Positions 24,403-33,899 of a DNA stretch of 64,000 nt are shown piece after piece. The position numbers and the translations under genes were made by a program. The notes beneath the pieces are model-generated. The model was not told the DNA's origin. It searched no databases and worked only from the letters and a program-made list of their open reading frames with translations. Origin of the DNA: a plasmid; the sequence record NZ_CP011600.1, one strand, 5' to 3'. How positions within the stretch are numbered: position 1 is the first letter of the stretch; every line of letters starts with the position of its first letter.

Positions 24403-25799
24403 GGTTCAAAATTTCCCTGACCACACGCCTGAGCCTGATTTTTTCTGCGGTGATGCTTACGGTATGGTGGTTATCAAGTTTTATCCTGATTAGCACCCTG
24501 AATGGCTATTTCGATAATCAGGACCGCGATTTTCTGACAGGTAAACTTCAGCTCACCGAAGAGTTTCTTAAAACAGAGACGTTCAGGAACAAAACGGATA
24601 TTAAGTCATTATCAGAAAAAATAAACGATGCGATGGTGGGGCACAATGGCTTATTCATTTCTATAAAAAACATGGAAAATGAAAAAATTGTTGAACTCTA
24701 TGCCAACAATTCTGTTGTTCCAGCGGTCCTGCTTAACAAGTCGGGTGATATTCTCGACTATATGATCCAGACGGAAGAAAATAACACCGTGTACCGCAGT
24801 ATCTCGCGGCGGGTTGCCGTGACGCCGGAACAGGGTAAAAGCAAACATTTCATCATTACGGTTGCCACGGATACTGGGTATCACACCCTGTTTATGGACA
24901 AACTCAGTACCTGGCTGTTCTGGTTCAATATCGGTCTGGTCTTTATTTCTGTTTTTCTGGGCTGGCTGACCACACGTATTGGTCTGAAACCGTTACGGGA
25001 AATGACCAGTCTGGCTTCCTCCATGACCGTACACAGCCTGGATCAGCGTCTTAATCCCGATCTGGCTCCGCCGGAAATCTCTGAGACCATGCAGGAGTTC
25101 AATAATATGTTCGATCGCCTGGAGGGGTCATTCCGGAAACTGTCAGATTTCTCGTCTGACATCGCGCATGAGCTGCGCACGCCAGTCAGTAATCTGATGA
25201 TGCAGACGCAGTTTGCACTGGCTAAGGAAAGGGATGTTTCGCATTACCGCGAAATTTTATTCGCTAACCTGGAAGAACTGAAAAGGTTGTCACGAATGAC
25301 CAGTGACATGCTTTTTCTGGCACGTTCAGAGCATGGTCTGCTGCAGCTGGATAAACATGATGTGGATCTGGCAGCCGAACTGAATGAATTACGTGAGTTA
25401 TTCGAGCCCCTGGCAGACGAAACAGGAAAGACAATCACGGTTGAAGGAGAGGGCGTTGTTGCCGGAGACAGCGATATGCTGCGACGTGCTTTCAGTAACC
25501 TGCTTTCCAATGCAATCAAGTATTCTCCCGATAACACCTGTACAGCGATACACCTTGAGCGTGACAGTGACTGTGTGAACGTGATGATTACGAATACGAT
25601 GTCCGGCCAGGTTCCCGCTAATCTGGAACGTTTGTTTGACCGGTTCTATCGCGCAGACTCATCAAGGTTCTACAACACGGAAGGCGCGGGGCTGGGATTA
25701 TCAATTACAAGGTCGATCATTCATGCTCACGGCGGCGAGCTGTCAGCAGAACAGCAGGGGCGGGAAATTGTGTTCAAAGTGCGCCTGTTAATGGATTAA
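24399..25799 (+). CDS. pcoS: Sensor kinase PcoS
   Basis: 466-aa histidine kinase (HELRTP H-box) overlapping pcoR by 4 bp. Confidence 0.9.
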   Translation: MRFKISLTTRLSLIFSAVMLTVWWLSSFILISTLNGYFDNQDRDFLTGKLQLTEEFLKTETFRNKTDIKSLSEKINDAMVGHNGLFISIKNMENEKIVELYANNSVVPAVLLNKSGDILDYMIQTEENNTVYRSISRRVAVTPEQGKSKHFIITVATDTGYHTLFMDKLSTWLFWFNIGLVFISVFLGWLTTRIGLKPLREMTSLASSMTVHSLDQRLNPDLAPPEISETMQEFNNMFDRLEGSFRKLSDFSSDIAHELRTPVSNLMMQTQFALAKERDVSHYREILFANLEELKRLSRMTSDMLFLARSEHGLLQLDKHDVDLAAELNELRELFEPLADETGKTITVEGEGVVAGDSDMLRRAFSNLLSNAIKYSPDNTCTAIHLERDSDCVNVMITNTMSGQVPANLERLFDRFYRADSSRFYNTEGAGLGLSITRSIIHAHGGELSAEQQGREIVFKVRLLMD

Positions 25800-25826
25800 T
25801 CCCGTTGTTCAGGAGAAACCCGGAAG

Positions 25827-25842
25827 GTGACAAAATTGTCAT
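25827..25842. promoter_or_regulatory. Copper box GTGACAAAATTGTCAT upstream of pcoE
   Basis: ATGACA-N4-TGTCAT-type palindrome about 175 bp upstream of the pcoE start. Confidence 0.6.
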
Positions 25843-26016
25843 CATTCAGTCACGCGATAAACAGAGGCGGTTTTTTATAATTATTCATAAATCAGGAGCA
25901 GCGTGATAACACAATCACCTGGTTCCTGGAGTGATGATTAACCCGCCCTGAGATCAACTGCTTTCTCTGTTATAAGCCATTGATTGTTTGGGTATGTAAA
26001 CACCGGAGACCCAACC

Positions 26017-26451
26017 ATGAAAAAGATTCTCGTATCATTTGTTGCCATTATGGCTGTCGCTTCATCCGCCATGGCTGCAGAGACAATGAACATGCATGAC
26101 CAGGTAAATAATGCCCAGGCACCTGCCCATCAGATGCAGTCATCCGCTGAAAAAAGTGCAGTTCAGGGGGAGAGCATGAAAATGATGGATATGAGCGGTC
26201 ACGATCAGGCCGCTATGTCCCATGAAATGATGCAAAACGGCAATTCTGCCGCCCATCAGGACATGGCTGAAATGCATAAAAAAATGATGAAAGCCAAACC
26301 TGAGAACACCCAAGAAACTGCTAAGCCATTTTCCGAAATGAGCGAGCATGAGAAAGCCGCTGTTGTGCATGAGAAGGCGAATAATGGCCAGTCTTCCGTT
26401 ATTCATCAGCAAGAGGCGGAAAAGCATCGCAGCCAGATCACCCAGAATTAA
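26017..26451 (+). CDS. pcoE: Periplasmic copper-binding protein PcoE
   Basis: Signal peptide (MKKILVSFVAIMAVASSAMA) followed by SilE/PcoE His/Met repeats. Confidence 0.9.
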   Translation: MKKILVSFVAIMAVASSAMAAETMNMHDQVNNAQAPAHQMQSSAEKSAVQGESMKMMDMSGHDQAAMSHEMMQNGNSAAHQDMAEMHKKMMKAKPENTQETAKPFSEMSEHEKAAVVHEKANNGQSSVIHQQEAEKHRSQITQN

Positions 26452-26680
26452 CCCGCAGCTCCACTTGTCAGACCCTCATTTGACGCCGAAGTCACTGGCT
26501 TACGCTCCCGTCCGGGAGCGTTTTTTTAAACCAAATGAAAGATTATGTCTGTGTATGATTAATCGTAGTCTGCGGCCTGTTATGAACTAAATGAACGACG
26601 GACTAAATTTAACATAAGATAGATTGTACGAACTAAGTATTTGATATTAAAGAATTAATAACAATCTCTCTTAGCTTTCG

Positions 26681-26977
26681 TTATCTCCAGGGCTCGTGTC
26701 GTGATGTATCCTGAGACTGGCTGAGAATACGGATGATTGTGACCACTGCATACGATGACACGAAGTAGATCATGTGCTTCTCCACTGGCTGCGAGTAGAT
26801 ATCCTCTCCCAGTTCCGGGCGCTGAGTTCCAATGTTATGCGTGGCCAGCACGTCAAACACCGCCGCTATCCTACCAATATATTCATCCGCCTGAGTCCCC
26901 CCGAACTGTCTGAAGCTGTAGTCCCAGATAGAATCCAGATCTTCTTCTGCTTTTGGTGTCAGCTCAATCCCTTTCAT
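26681..26977 (-). CDS. parE: ParE/RelE-family toxin
   Basis: 98 aa overlapping the upstream antitoxin gene. ParE-like fold signature. Confidence 0.75.
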   Translation of the reverse strand: MKGIELTPKAEEDLDSIWDYSFRQFGGTQADEYIGRIAAVFDVLATHNIGTQRPELGEDIYSQPVEKHMIYFVSSYAVVTIIRILSQSQDTSRHEPWR

Positions 26978-27224
26978 TTGCCGCCCTGGCTTTAACCTTC
27001 ATCAGGAAAGCATCCTTGTTCCATGGCTTCGCGTCGCCGCTGCTGATCCCCTCAGCCAGCAGATCACGCAACGCCTGCAGACGGGATTCAGCCTGTTTCT
27101 CACGCAGTAGTCGCAGTGCGTCACGCATTACCTCGCTCTGGGTGCGATAATCACCGGCTTTGACCAGTGAATCGATAAATTCACGCAGTTCATCGCCAAC
27201 ATCAACTGTCATCGTCCGGGCCAT
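26964..27224 (-). CDS. parD: ParD-type (ribbon-helix-helix) antitoxin
   Basis: 86 aa. Lies upstream of parE and overlaps it by 14 bp. Confidence 0.75.
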   Translation of the reverse strand: MARTMTVDVGDELREFIDSLVKAGDYRTQSEVMRDALRLLREKQAESRLQALRDLLAEGISSGDAKPWNKDAFLMKVKARAANERD

Positions 27225-27379
27225 TAGACCTCCTGTAATTGATGTAAGATTTTTTCTTACATGCAGTATATCAGTTTAGCTCCCTTCTTTCATTCCTTGT
27301 TCTGGCATCAGCCCATAATGATTGACACAGGATCCGACTTTGCCTTTTTTCGGATCTGGTGTGAAAAAGTGAGAAGTAA

Positions 27380-27500
27380 AGATATGTTAAGCATATCCAT
27401 ATGCCCTGCATCTGCATAGGTAAGGCATACGCACATACCTGCCATCTGCATATGTTAACCATATACATATGTACAGCATCTGCCTATACTGAACATATGC
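27380..27500. repeat. Iteron-like repeat cluster: three ~15-bp direct repeats (CTGCATCTGCATAGG / CTGCCATCTGCATATG / CAGCATCTGCCTATAC) plus repeated ATATGTTAA(G/C)CATAT motifs
   Basis: Repeats start at 27406, 27439 and 27474 (spacing 33 and 35 bp). Located immediately upstream of vapB. Confidence 0.45.
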
Positions 27501-27568
27501 ACACACCCGGTGCAATGAACACCATTCCGGATATGCGCCACATATCCACACTTACCCGGGAGAGAATC

Positions 27569-27799
27569 ATGAGAACCGTATCTATTTTCAAAAACGGCAA
27601 CAACCGCGCCATCCGTCTGCCCCGTGACATGGATTTTGAGGGGGTGAGCGAGCTGGAGATCGTCCGGGAAGGAGACCGCATCATTCTGCGTCCCGTCCGG
27701 CCGACCTGGGGCTCGTTCGCGAAGATGGAAAAAGCAGACCCGGACTTTATGGCGGAGCGTGAGGACGTTGTCAGTGACGAAGGACGGGTTGACCTGTGA
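27569..27799 (+). CDS. vapB: VapB/VagC antitoxin (AbrB/SpoVT fold)
   Basis: 76 aa (MRTVSIFKNGNNRAIRLPRDM...). Its stop overlaps the vapC start. Confidence 0.85.
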   Translation: MRTVSIFKNGNNRAIRLPRDMDFEGVSELEIVREGDRIILRPVRPTWGSFAKMEKADPDFMAEREDVVSDEGRVDL

Positions 27800-28212
27800 A
27801 CAAAACGTATATGCTGGACACTAACATCTGCTCATTAATCATGCGCGAGCAACCGGAAGCGGTCCTGAAGCGCCTGGAGCAGGCGGTGCTGCGCAACCAC
27901 CGCACTGTGATCTCGGCCATCACCTACCAGGAGATGCGCTCCGGCGCCACGGGCCCGAAGGCTTCGCCGCGCCATATTGCGCTGGTTGATGCGTTCTGCG
28001 CCCGCCTCGATGCCATCCTGCCCTGGGATCGCGCGGCGGTCGACGCTACCACGGACATCCGGGTGGCGCTGCGCCTCGCAGGCACGCCGATCGGCCCGAA
28101 TGACACGGCCATTGCCGGGCATGCGGTTGCCGCCGGCGCCATCCTGGTGACCAACAATACAAGAGAGTTTGAACGGGTTCCGGGTCTGGTGCTGGAAGAC
28201 TGGGTAAATTAA
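27796..28212 (+). CDS. vapC: VapC/VagD PIN-domain toxin
   Basis: 138 aa with PIN acidic residues (MLDTNICS ... VTNNTREFERVPGL). Confidence 0.9.
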   Translation: MNKTYMLDTNICSLIMREQPEAVLKRLEQAVLRNHRTVISAITYQEMRSGATGPKASPRHIALVDAFCARLDAILPWDRAAVDATTDIRVALRLAGTPIGPNDTAIAGHAVAAGAILVTNNTREFERVPGLVLEDWVN

Positions 28213-28398
28213 AAAAGCATTTTCTGAGGTTGCGAAAGTCCGCTTCGTGCCCGGGGAGGGCATTATGCATACCAGGGAAGCAAAACCGGAATGCTTCCCC
28301 GTGTGGTGCGCTGCATCATGAAAACCTCCTGCCTTTTAACCGGAATGGCTGGTTAAGTGCTTAAGTGGGAACAACCTCTGCCTTCGCAAAGAGGGGCC

Positions 28399-29628
28399 TT
28401 AACCGAAAGAAATCTCGTCCGCCCATTTTGTCGCTGCCTGCATGGCCTCGATGACGGAGAACTCACTGATATTCAGCGTATGGCAGATTTCTGAAGCGCC
28501 TTCCCAGTTATACTGTTCATAACACAGAGAAAGAGCCAGTATGTTATAAAGATCTCCTTGATGTTCACAAAGCGCAGCTGAGACAGCATGCGGAACTGAT
28601 ATCTGTTTAATTAAATCTTCCATCGGTACTTCAAGAATAATATCTAACAAGGAGAACAGGCCACACACAAATGCATTACAGGGTAATAAAGCGCGTTCTG
28701 TCTGGCGGGCAATCAGTTCACAAAATTTCCCGCGGACCATACTTAAATGATAGCACTCAGAAACGCCAGCCACGCCCATATTTGCCAGTGCAGCTACCGT
28801 AACAAAACGCCTTATCGCATCACACCCCAGATATATCAGCATTTCTTTCAGGGTAAAATTATCTGTTTTCATAATGCCATGCGATTTAAACAGTAAGTTT
28901 CTTACATAACGCATTATTTTATAAGACAACGTCAGATCCGTTTTTAGCAGGCTTTCAATAGCTGAAAAATCAGGGGCCTCCCTGTTTACCTCCATCATCA
29001 GCCTGCACAAAGAGAGCGTATTCTGAGGAAGACATTTATTCTTCATAATCTCGGGCCGGCTAAAGAAATACCCCTGAAAAAAAGAGAAACCCGCGCTCCT
29101 GTACAGATCAAATTCTTCCTTCGTCTCCACTTTTTCTGCGAGAAATTCTGTGGCTTTTAACCAATCTTGTTTTACGTTTATATAATGAAGGATATCCTGA
29201 TAGCTATTTCCTCTTATATCAAATTTAATGACACTGATATACCTGAGGAAGCGATCCCACGAGTCTTTCATCGTGAAATCATCGAGGGCAAGCTGATAGC
29301 CTTTGTTATGCAGGTCCTTCACCGCATCGAAGAGCCTTTCATCAGGTATGGCGTTTTCAAGAATTTCGATAACCACATTCTCGTGCGGCAAAGCGTCTCC
29401 CAGGCCACTGATGAGCATCTGGTGCGGAACATTGATATAAGCACTATGACTGCAGGCAATGCGGGGAACAGGAATGCAAAGAAACTGATCTGATATCACC
29501 CGTGAAGTGGCATATTCTGGCGAAACATCAGGAAAAGCATTATTCATACCATCCCTGAAAAGAAGCTCATAAGCGATAGTGCGCATTTCCCGGTCAAAAA
29601 TGGGCTGGCGTGCAATGTAGGAATACAT
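28399..29628 (-). CDS. EAL-domain protein with C-terminal HDOD domain (c-di-GMP phosphodiesterase-like)
   Basis: 409 aa. N-terminal EAL signature (YQPIFD ... ELLFR, EILE) and a C-terminal HDOD-like region. Confidence 0.8.
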   Translation of the reverse strand: MYSYIARQPIFDREMRTIAYELLFRDGMNNAFPDVSPEYATSRVISDQFLCIPVPRIACSHSAYINVPHQMLISGLGDALPHENVVIEILENAIPDERLFDAVKDLHNKGYQLALDDFTMKDSWDRFLRYISVIKFDIRGNSYQDILHYINVKQDWLKATEFLAEKVETKEEFDLYRSAGFSFFQGYFFSRPEIMKNKCLPQNTLSLCRLMMEVNREAPDFSAIESLLKTDLTLSYKIMRYVRNLLFKSHGIMKTDNFTLKEMLIYLGCDAIRRFVTVAALANMGVAGVSECYHLSMVRGKFCELIARQTERALLPCNAFVCGLFSLLDIILEVPMEDLIKQISVPHAVSAALCEHQGDLYNILALSLCYEQYNWEGASEICHTLNISEFSVIEAMQAATKWADEISFG

Positions 29629-30483
29629 GTTTATTGTCCACAGATCAGAATTAAGGTTTTAATCAGTTCAAGCTTAACACAGACTATTTCAGCAATAAAT
29701 GTGATCCGGTGCAAAAATCATGCATAAAAGAACCGGGAATATACGACATCCATATTCCCGGAAAAAAGAATTGATCACTGAGTTGTTACATAACTACATC
29801 ATGATTGTGTTCGCAAGGATGGCTGCTGTCCAGAGGGAGTAAATCTTTATCCTAAATATTTGACACATTTCAAAGAACCAGAAGTAATGAATACACCTTC
29901 ACCCTCCGCTATCAGTTGACGCAACTGATTCGAATTATCGTAAATATATTTTAATAAGCTAACAAACCATGATCGGGCTACGTATTAATTATTCCCGATA
30001 CATCATGAATAAGAATGCAACATTTTTCTGTGAATATTCACGCGTAAAGAGTACTCGTAAACTGCGAAAGTTCTGTATAGTGTGAATACACCTGTCTATT
30101 AATGAAATTTATTCGTGCTGTGACCGGAATCATTCAGATCCCGGAGAGGTAAAAACCTGTCCATCCCCGCCATGCTTCCGGCGATCGGATGGCCTGGCTG
30201 AACCCGGCCCTGCTGAACGGTTCAGGTTTAAGGTTCCTTTGCGTACTGCAGTGATAACGCCCAGGGCAATACCTGTGAAAGCCTGCCGACATAACAGCAA
30301 AAACAGAATTTCAGATGGCAGTTACAGAGTTTCACTGTCGTGTAATCAGGGCCTTTCCCTCCATCCGGAATGGCGTACGGCAGCAGGCACAGTGCATCCT
30401 CTGACCGCCTGTTGCATAACAGATATTTCACCCCTTTTTCTGACGTGGCCGGATGAATACCTTCCCATTATGTCAGAATACCC

Positions 30484-30789
30484 ATGGTAATGCGTCTGAT
30501 GAACAGCAAAGAAAGGCCATATAATCTTAATGAACTTGTCGGGGAAGCTGCCTTCGATGTTCTTTTAACGGCTCAGCCTGTCACGACCGCCTCGATAATT
30601 CTTGCATTGCGGGCGCGCATGCTTACAGAACAGAACAGTGAAAGATGTCTCGCCTATCAGGGTGCAATTGACACTCTTACTTCTTACGCAGAAGCAGCCA
30701 GTGTTCAGCGATCGCCGAGGAAGAAGGGCATTACCCGTTCACCTGCGGAACAGTTTCCCCCTGTACGGCCAGGTAAATACCGGCACTGA
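30484..30789 (+). CDS. Small helical protein, paralogue A (unknown family; possibly YmgB/AriR-like regulator)
   Basis: Its core LNELVGEAAFDVLLTAQPVTTASIILALRARMLTEQNSERCLAYQGAIDTL aligns with ORF 31973-32176 on L-EL...V..AS.L..L..RML.E...RC.AY..AI..L. Confidence 0.4.
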   Translation: MVMRLMNSKERPYNLNELVGEAAFDVLLTAQPVTTASIILALRARMLTEQNSERCLAYQGAIDTLTSYAEAASVQRSPRKKGITRSPAEQFPPVRPGKYRH

Positions 30790-31194
30790 CTTCGCTGATC
30801 CAGCGGGACAGACGTGAAAGCCCGCCCCCCAATCCTGATGGCATACTCCAGGGAGATATAAACACGTAACGGACAAATCTGAAGAAGACCACAGTGCAGG
30901 GCAGTAATGGCGGAAGAACACGCCAGCACTGATGGTTCATTGTGATGTGTCTGCCGGGCCGGCGTTACCGACGAAGATGTCATCAATCTGGCTTCAGACT
31001 GACTGTCGTGCCCGGCCATCCTTTTTCAGTTTTTCCGGTAAGGATGTCAGCGGCAGCAACAGGTCATCCCTTCCGTTACTGTTTCTGATCCTCGTACTGG
31101 TAATCATCAGACGCGGGTTAATATGTAAAACTGCCGGGATGCAACTCAGGACCGGAAGACACAGAGAGTTACGGTTCGTGTTAAAAAATTTAAT

Positions 31195-31437
31195 TCACAG
31201 GCGCGATGCATCAAGACCGGCCGCTTTTAGTCTTTCCGCGATTTTCATTATTCTTAGAACTTCACTTCTGAATGATTTATTAATGCCAATGCCTTCACAG
31301 ATCACTTCACAGTTAAGATGTTTTAATGTGTCGGCATATTTTATTAATTGCAAATTCATTTCTGCCGTTTTAGCGCCGGGAGCAGCGTCGGCAATGGCTT
31401 TCTGTATTGCAGAATAGACCGGCAAGAGGGTATCCAT
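31195..31437 (-). CDS. Hypothetical 80-aa helical protein
   Basis: Clean minus-strand ORF in AT-rich DNA. The overlapping 161-aa + strand ORF looks like low-complexity noise. Confidence 0.3.
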   Translation of the reverse strand: MDTLLPVYSAIQKAIADAAPGAKTAEMNLQLIKYADTLKHLNCEVICEGIGINKSFRSEVLRIMKIAERLKAAGLDASRL

Positions 31438-31972
31438 TATGTCATCCGTCAGTTAAAGGGCTCAACAAAATCACATTGCTGAGCCGAAAAGTATAACAGT
31501 GTAATTACTGCTGCCGGCCAGGTTCATAGCGCTGCCGGGACATGACCGCAATGCAGAAGGAAGGCCTTCCTGAGGTCAACAGACCGGAAAAAAAAGCAAC
31601 CATCCTGACTCCTACCAGTGGTTAAACAGCAGATGTACACCTTTTGTTGCACGTATAACCGGGGCAGACTGACGGACTGAGGATAGCAGAAAGGGTAAAG
31701 ATAACAACACAAAGCCCGACTTCCGGCAGGATGGCAGGAGACGTGGGTCTCGTCGTGTAAGGGTTACAATAGTATGATGCTTTTCACCCGCTCAATAGCA
31801 GGACGGATACAATTGCGCCGGAGCCACTGTTGCCCTGACGGGTCATAACATAATTCAAACCGTATGCTAAACTCTGTCACCTTATCCTCAGCCAGGCAAG
31901 TTCATGTCTATTACGCGCAGCGGGATTGCTGGTATTTCCTGAACTGCAGAATTAAATACCGGAGCGTTAATT

Positions 31973-32176
31973 TTGTCAGCCCTTTCTGAACTGTTAATAA
32001 GTGAAGTGATCTGGGAAATGCTATCCGCTAATGAAGAAGTCTCACAAGCGTCTGTCCTCTCCCGCCTCTGTATCCGTATGCTTGCAGAATGGGATGAGAA
32101 AAGATGTTATGCCTATGTAACGGCGATACGTAAATTAAAATACGACCTCAATGTGAAACGGGTAAACCTTAATTAA
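31973..32176 (+). CDS. Small helical protein, paralogue B of 30484-30789
   Basis: 67 aa. Shares the motif noted under paralogue A. Confidence 0.4.
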   Translation: MSALSELLISEVIWEMLSANEEVSQASVLSRLCIRMLAEWDEKRCYAYVTAIRKLKYDLNVKRVNLN

Positions 32177-32487
32177 ATATATGCGCAACTGTTTACACTT
32201 TGTGTAAAAAATGAAGCATGACAGCTTGTCGGGAAGGTGCCGGACAGGAATATCATATATTAAGGATAACCTCTGTTCCGACAGCGCAGGTTCGGCATAC
32301 TCTGTACCAGCATGATGTCATTCATAAGCTGGCGTAATTCTGAAAATACCTGGTTTCACGAAAATTTCAGAATATCAGTCTGTCTGGCATGCAGCCCTGG
32401 ATCATGACACATATTACAGGCACATTCCTATAGATAACATACAGGCTTCGTTTATTTTGTATTATGTAACGAAGATGCATTTGCATG

Positions 32488-32530
32488 CCCTCCTGCACAG
32501 CCCGGATTTCTGTGCAGGAGGGTTCATTTT
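32488..32530 (+). terminator. Strong intrinsic terminator (13-bp stem CCCTCCTGCACAG / CTGTGCAGGAGGG followed by TTCATTTT)
   Basis: Perfect hairpin about 310 bp downstream of paralogue B. It could instead end a small RNA. Confidence 0.5.
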
Positions 32531-32749
32531 ATGGCTTCCCGTTTCCGTATGTTCAGTACTCCCCATGGTCATAAAAAAAATTAAGGACAACCCTTATCAG
32601 GATTACTTAAGCGTAACTGAACAAACTCCCTGAAAATTATAAGATGAGCAGATGAATCCGATGATGATCATGGACAAAGCCGTTTCTTCGGTATTGTTTA
32701 TATTCGGGTCTGGACTGACAATACTGCAATAAACTCCGAGATAATAAAA

Positions 32750-33718
32750 ATGTTACCCGTAAATGATGCAAAACGTCTTCATTCACTTTATATGCTGGAT
32801 CTGCCTGATAACCGGGAAGAGAAACGGTTTGATCGTCTGACCCGTGTTGCAAGGCGTTGCTTATCTGCACCTGTCGGGCTTATAAGCCTGATTGAAAAAG
32901 ACAGGCCGGCGCTGATGTTCTGTTCTGGCCTCAACGAAAAAGATGCATCACAAGTCGTTTCTTTCTGCGACTGTGTCGTTCATTCGGAGGAAATGCTCGT
33001 TGTTGAAGATGCCAGTGCCGATGAACGCTTTAATGCTAACCTACTGGTGACAGGTGTTCCTTTTATTCGCTTTTACGCGGGATGCCCGCTGCGCCTCCCA
33101 GGTGGCGACATCGCCGGAACGTTGTGTGTGGTTGACACCAGACCCCGGATACCTGACGGGGAAGAATTAACCCTGCTTAAGGATATTGCTGCTCTGGTTG
33201 AGGAGGAGTTTTATATTATCAGTCTTGCCCTGACGGATGCGCTGACCGGCGTTCTTAACCGACGGGGTTTTTATAAAAAATGTGAACCCTGGATAACCCT
33301 CAAAAAAAAGCGTAAACAGGCTTTCTGCATAATTCTTTTTGACCTGGATAACCTTAAACCGGTTAATGACAAATACGGACACGTGGCAGGCGACCAGTTA
33401 CTGCAACAGTTTGCCGGGATACTCAGGCGGAGTACCGGACAGGGGGATATCCTTGCCCGTCTGGGCGGTGATGAATTTGTGGTACTCACCGACTGTTCAG
33501 ATATGCGGGAAATCATCCTGTTTACAGAAAAAATGAGTAATTTAACGAGTTTATATAACCAGAATAACGGAAGCAGTTTACCGTTAAGTTATTCATGGGG
33601 TGTCAGCATAAATACACCCGGTGATACAGTTCCGTTATCAGATATGCTGATTCAGAGCGATCGCAATATGTACGATAATAAAAGAGCAAAAAAATCAGTG
33701 AGCTTACCGGAAACTTAA
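32750..33718 (+). CDS. GAF-GGDEF diguanylate cyclase
   Basis: 322 aa with an N-terminal GAF-like domain and a C-terminal GGDEF domain with an intact GGDEF active-site motif (RLGGDEF). Confidence 0.85.
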   Translation: MLPVNDAKRLHSLYMLDLPDNREEKRFDRLTRVARRCLSAPVGLISLIEKDRPALMFCSGLNEKDASQVVSFCDCVVHSEEMLVVEDASADERFNANLLVTGVPFIRFYAGCPLRLPGGDIAGTLCVVDTRPRIPDGEELTLLKDIAALVEEEFYIISLALTDALTGVLNRRGFYKKCEPWITLKKKRKQAFCIILFDLDNLKPVNDKYGHVAGDQLLQQFAGILRRSTGQGDILARLGGDEFVVLTDCSDMREIILFTEKMSNLTSLYNQNNGSSLPLSYSWGVSINTPGDTVPLSDMLIQSDRNMYDNKRAKKSVSLPET

Positions 33719-33899
33719 CGAATACTCCGGCATGACCCGGCCCGGTGATATTCTCTTAATACTTTTCACCGTATCCGTAAAAAAAAGAATGTTTTACCGG
33801 ATACCTTTCTGCCCCTGCTTACCGTGCTGATTACAGCTGCTGTACAGGGGCAGCCATGAGCAGGTACTGTTAACATTGGGGTCCGCTTGGAAAACGGAA

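Noticed and set aside
30932-31417. 161-aa + strand ORF in the c-di-GMP region
   Set aside because: Low-complexity Ser/Leu/Arg-rich translation. It overlaps the more protein-like 80-aa minus-strand ORF.
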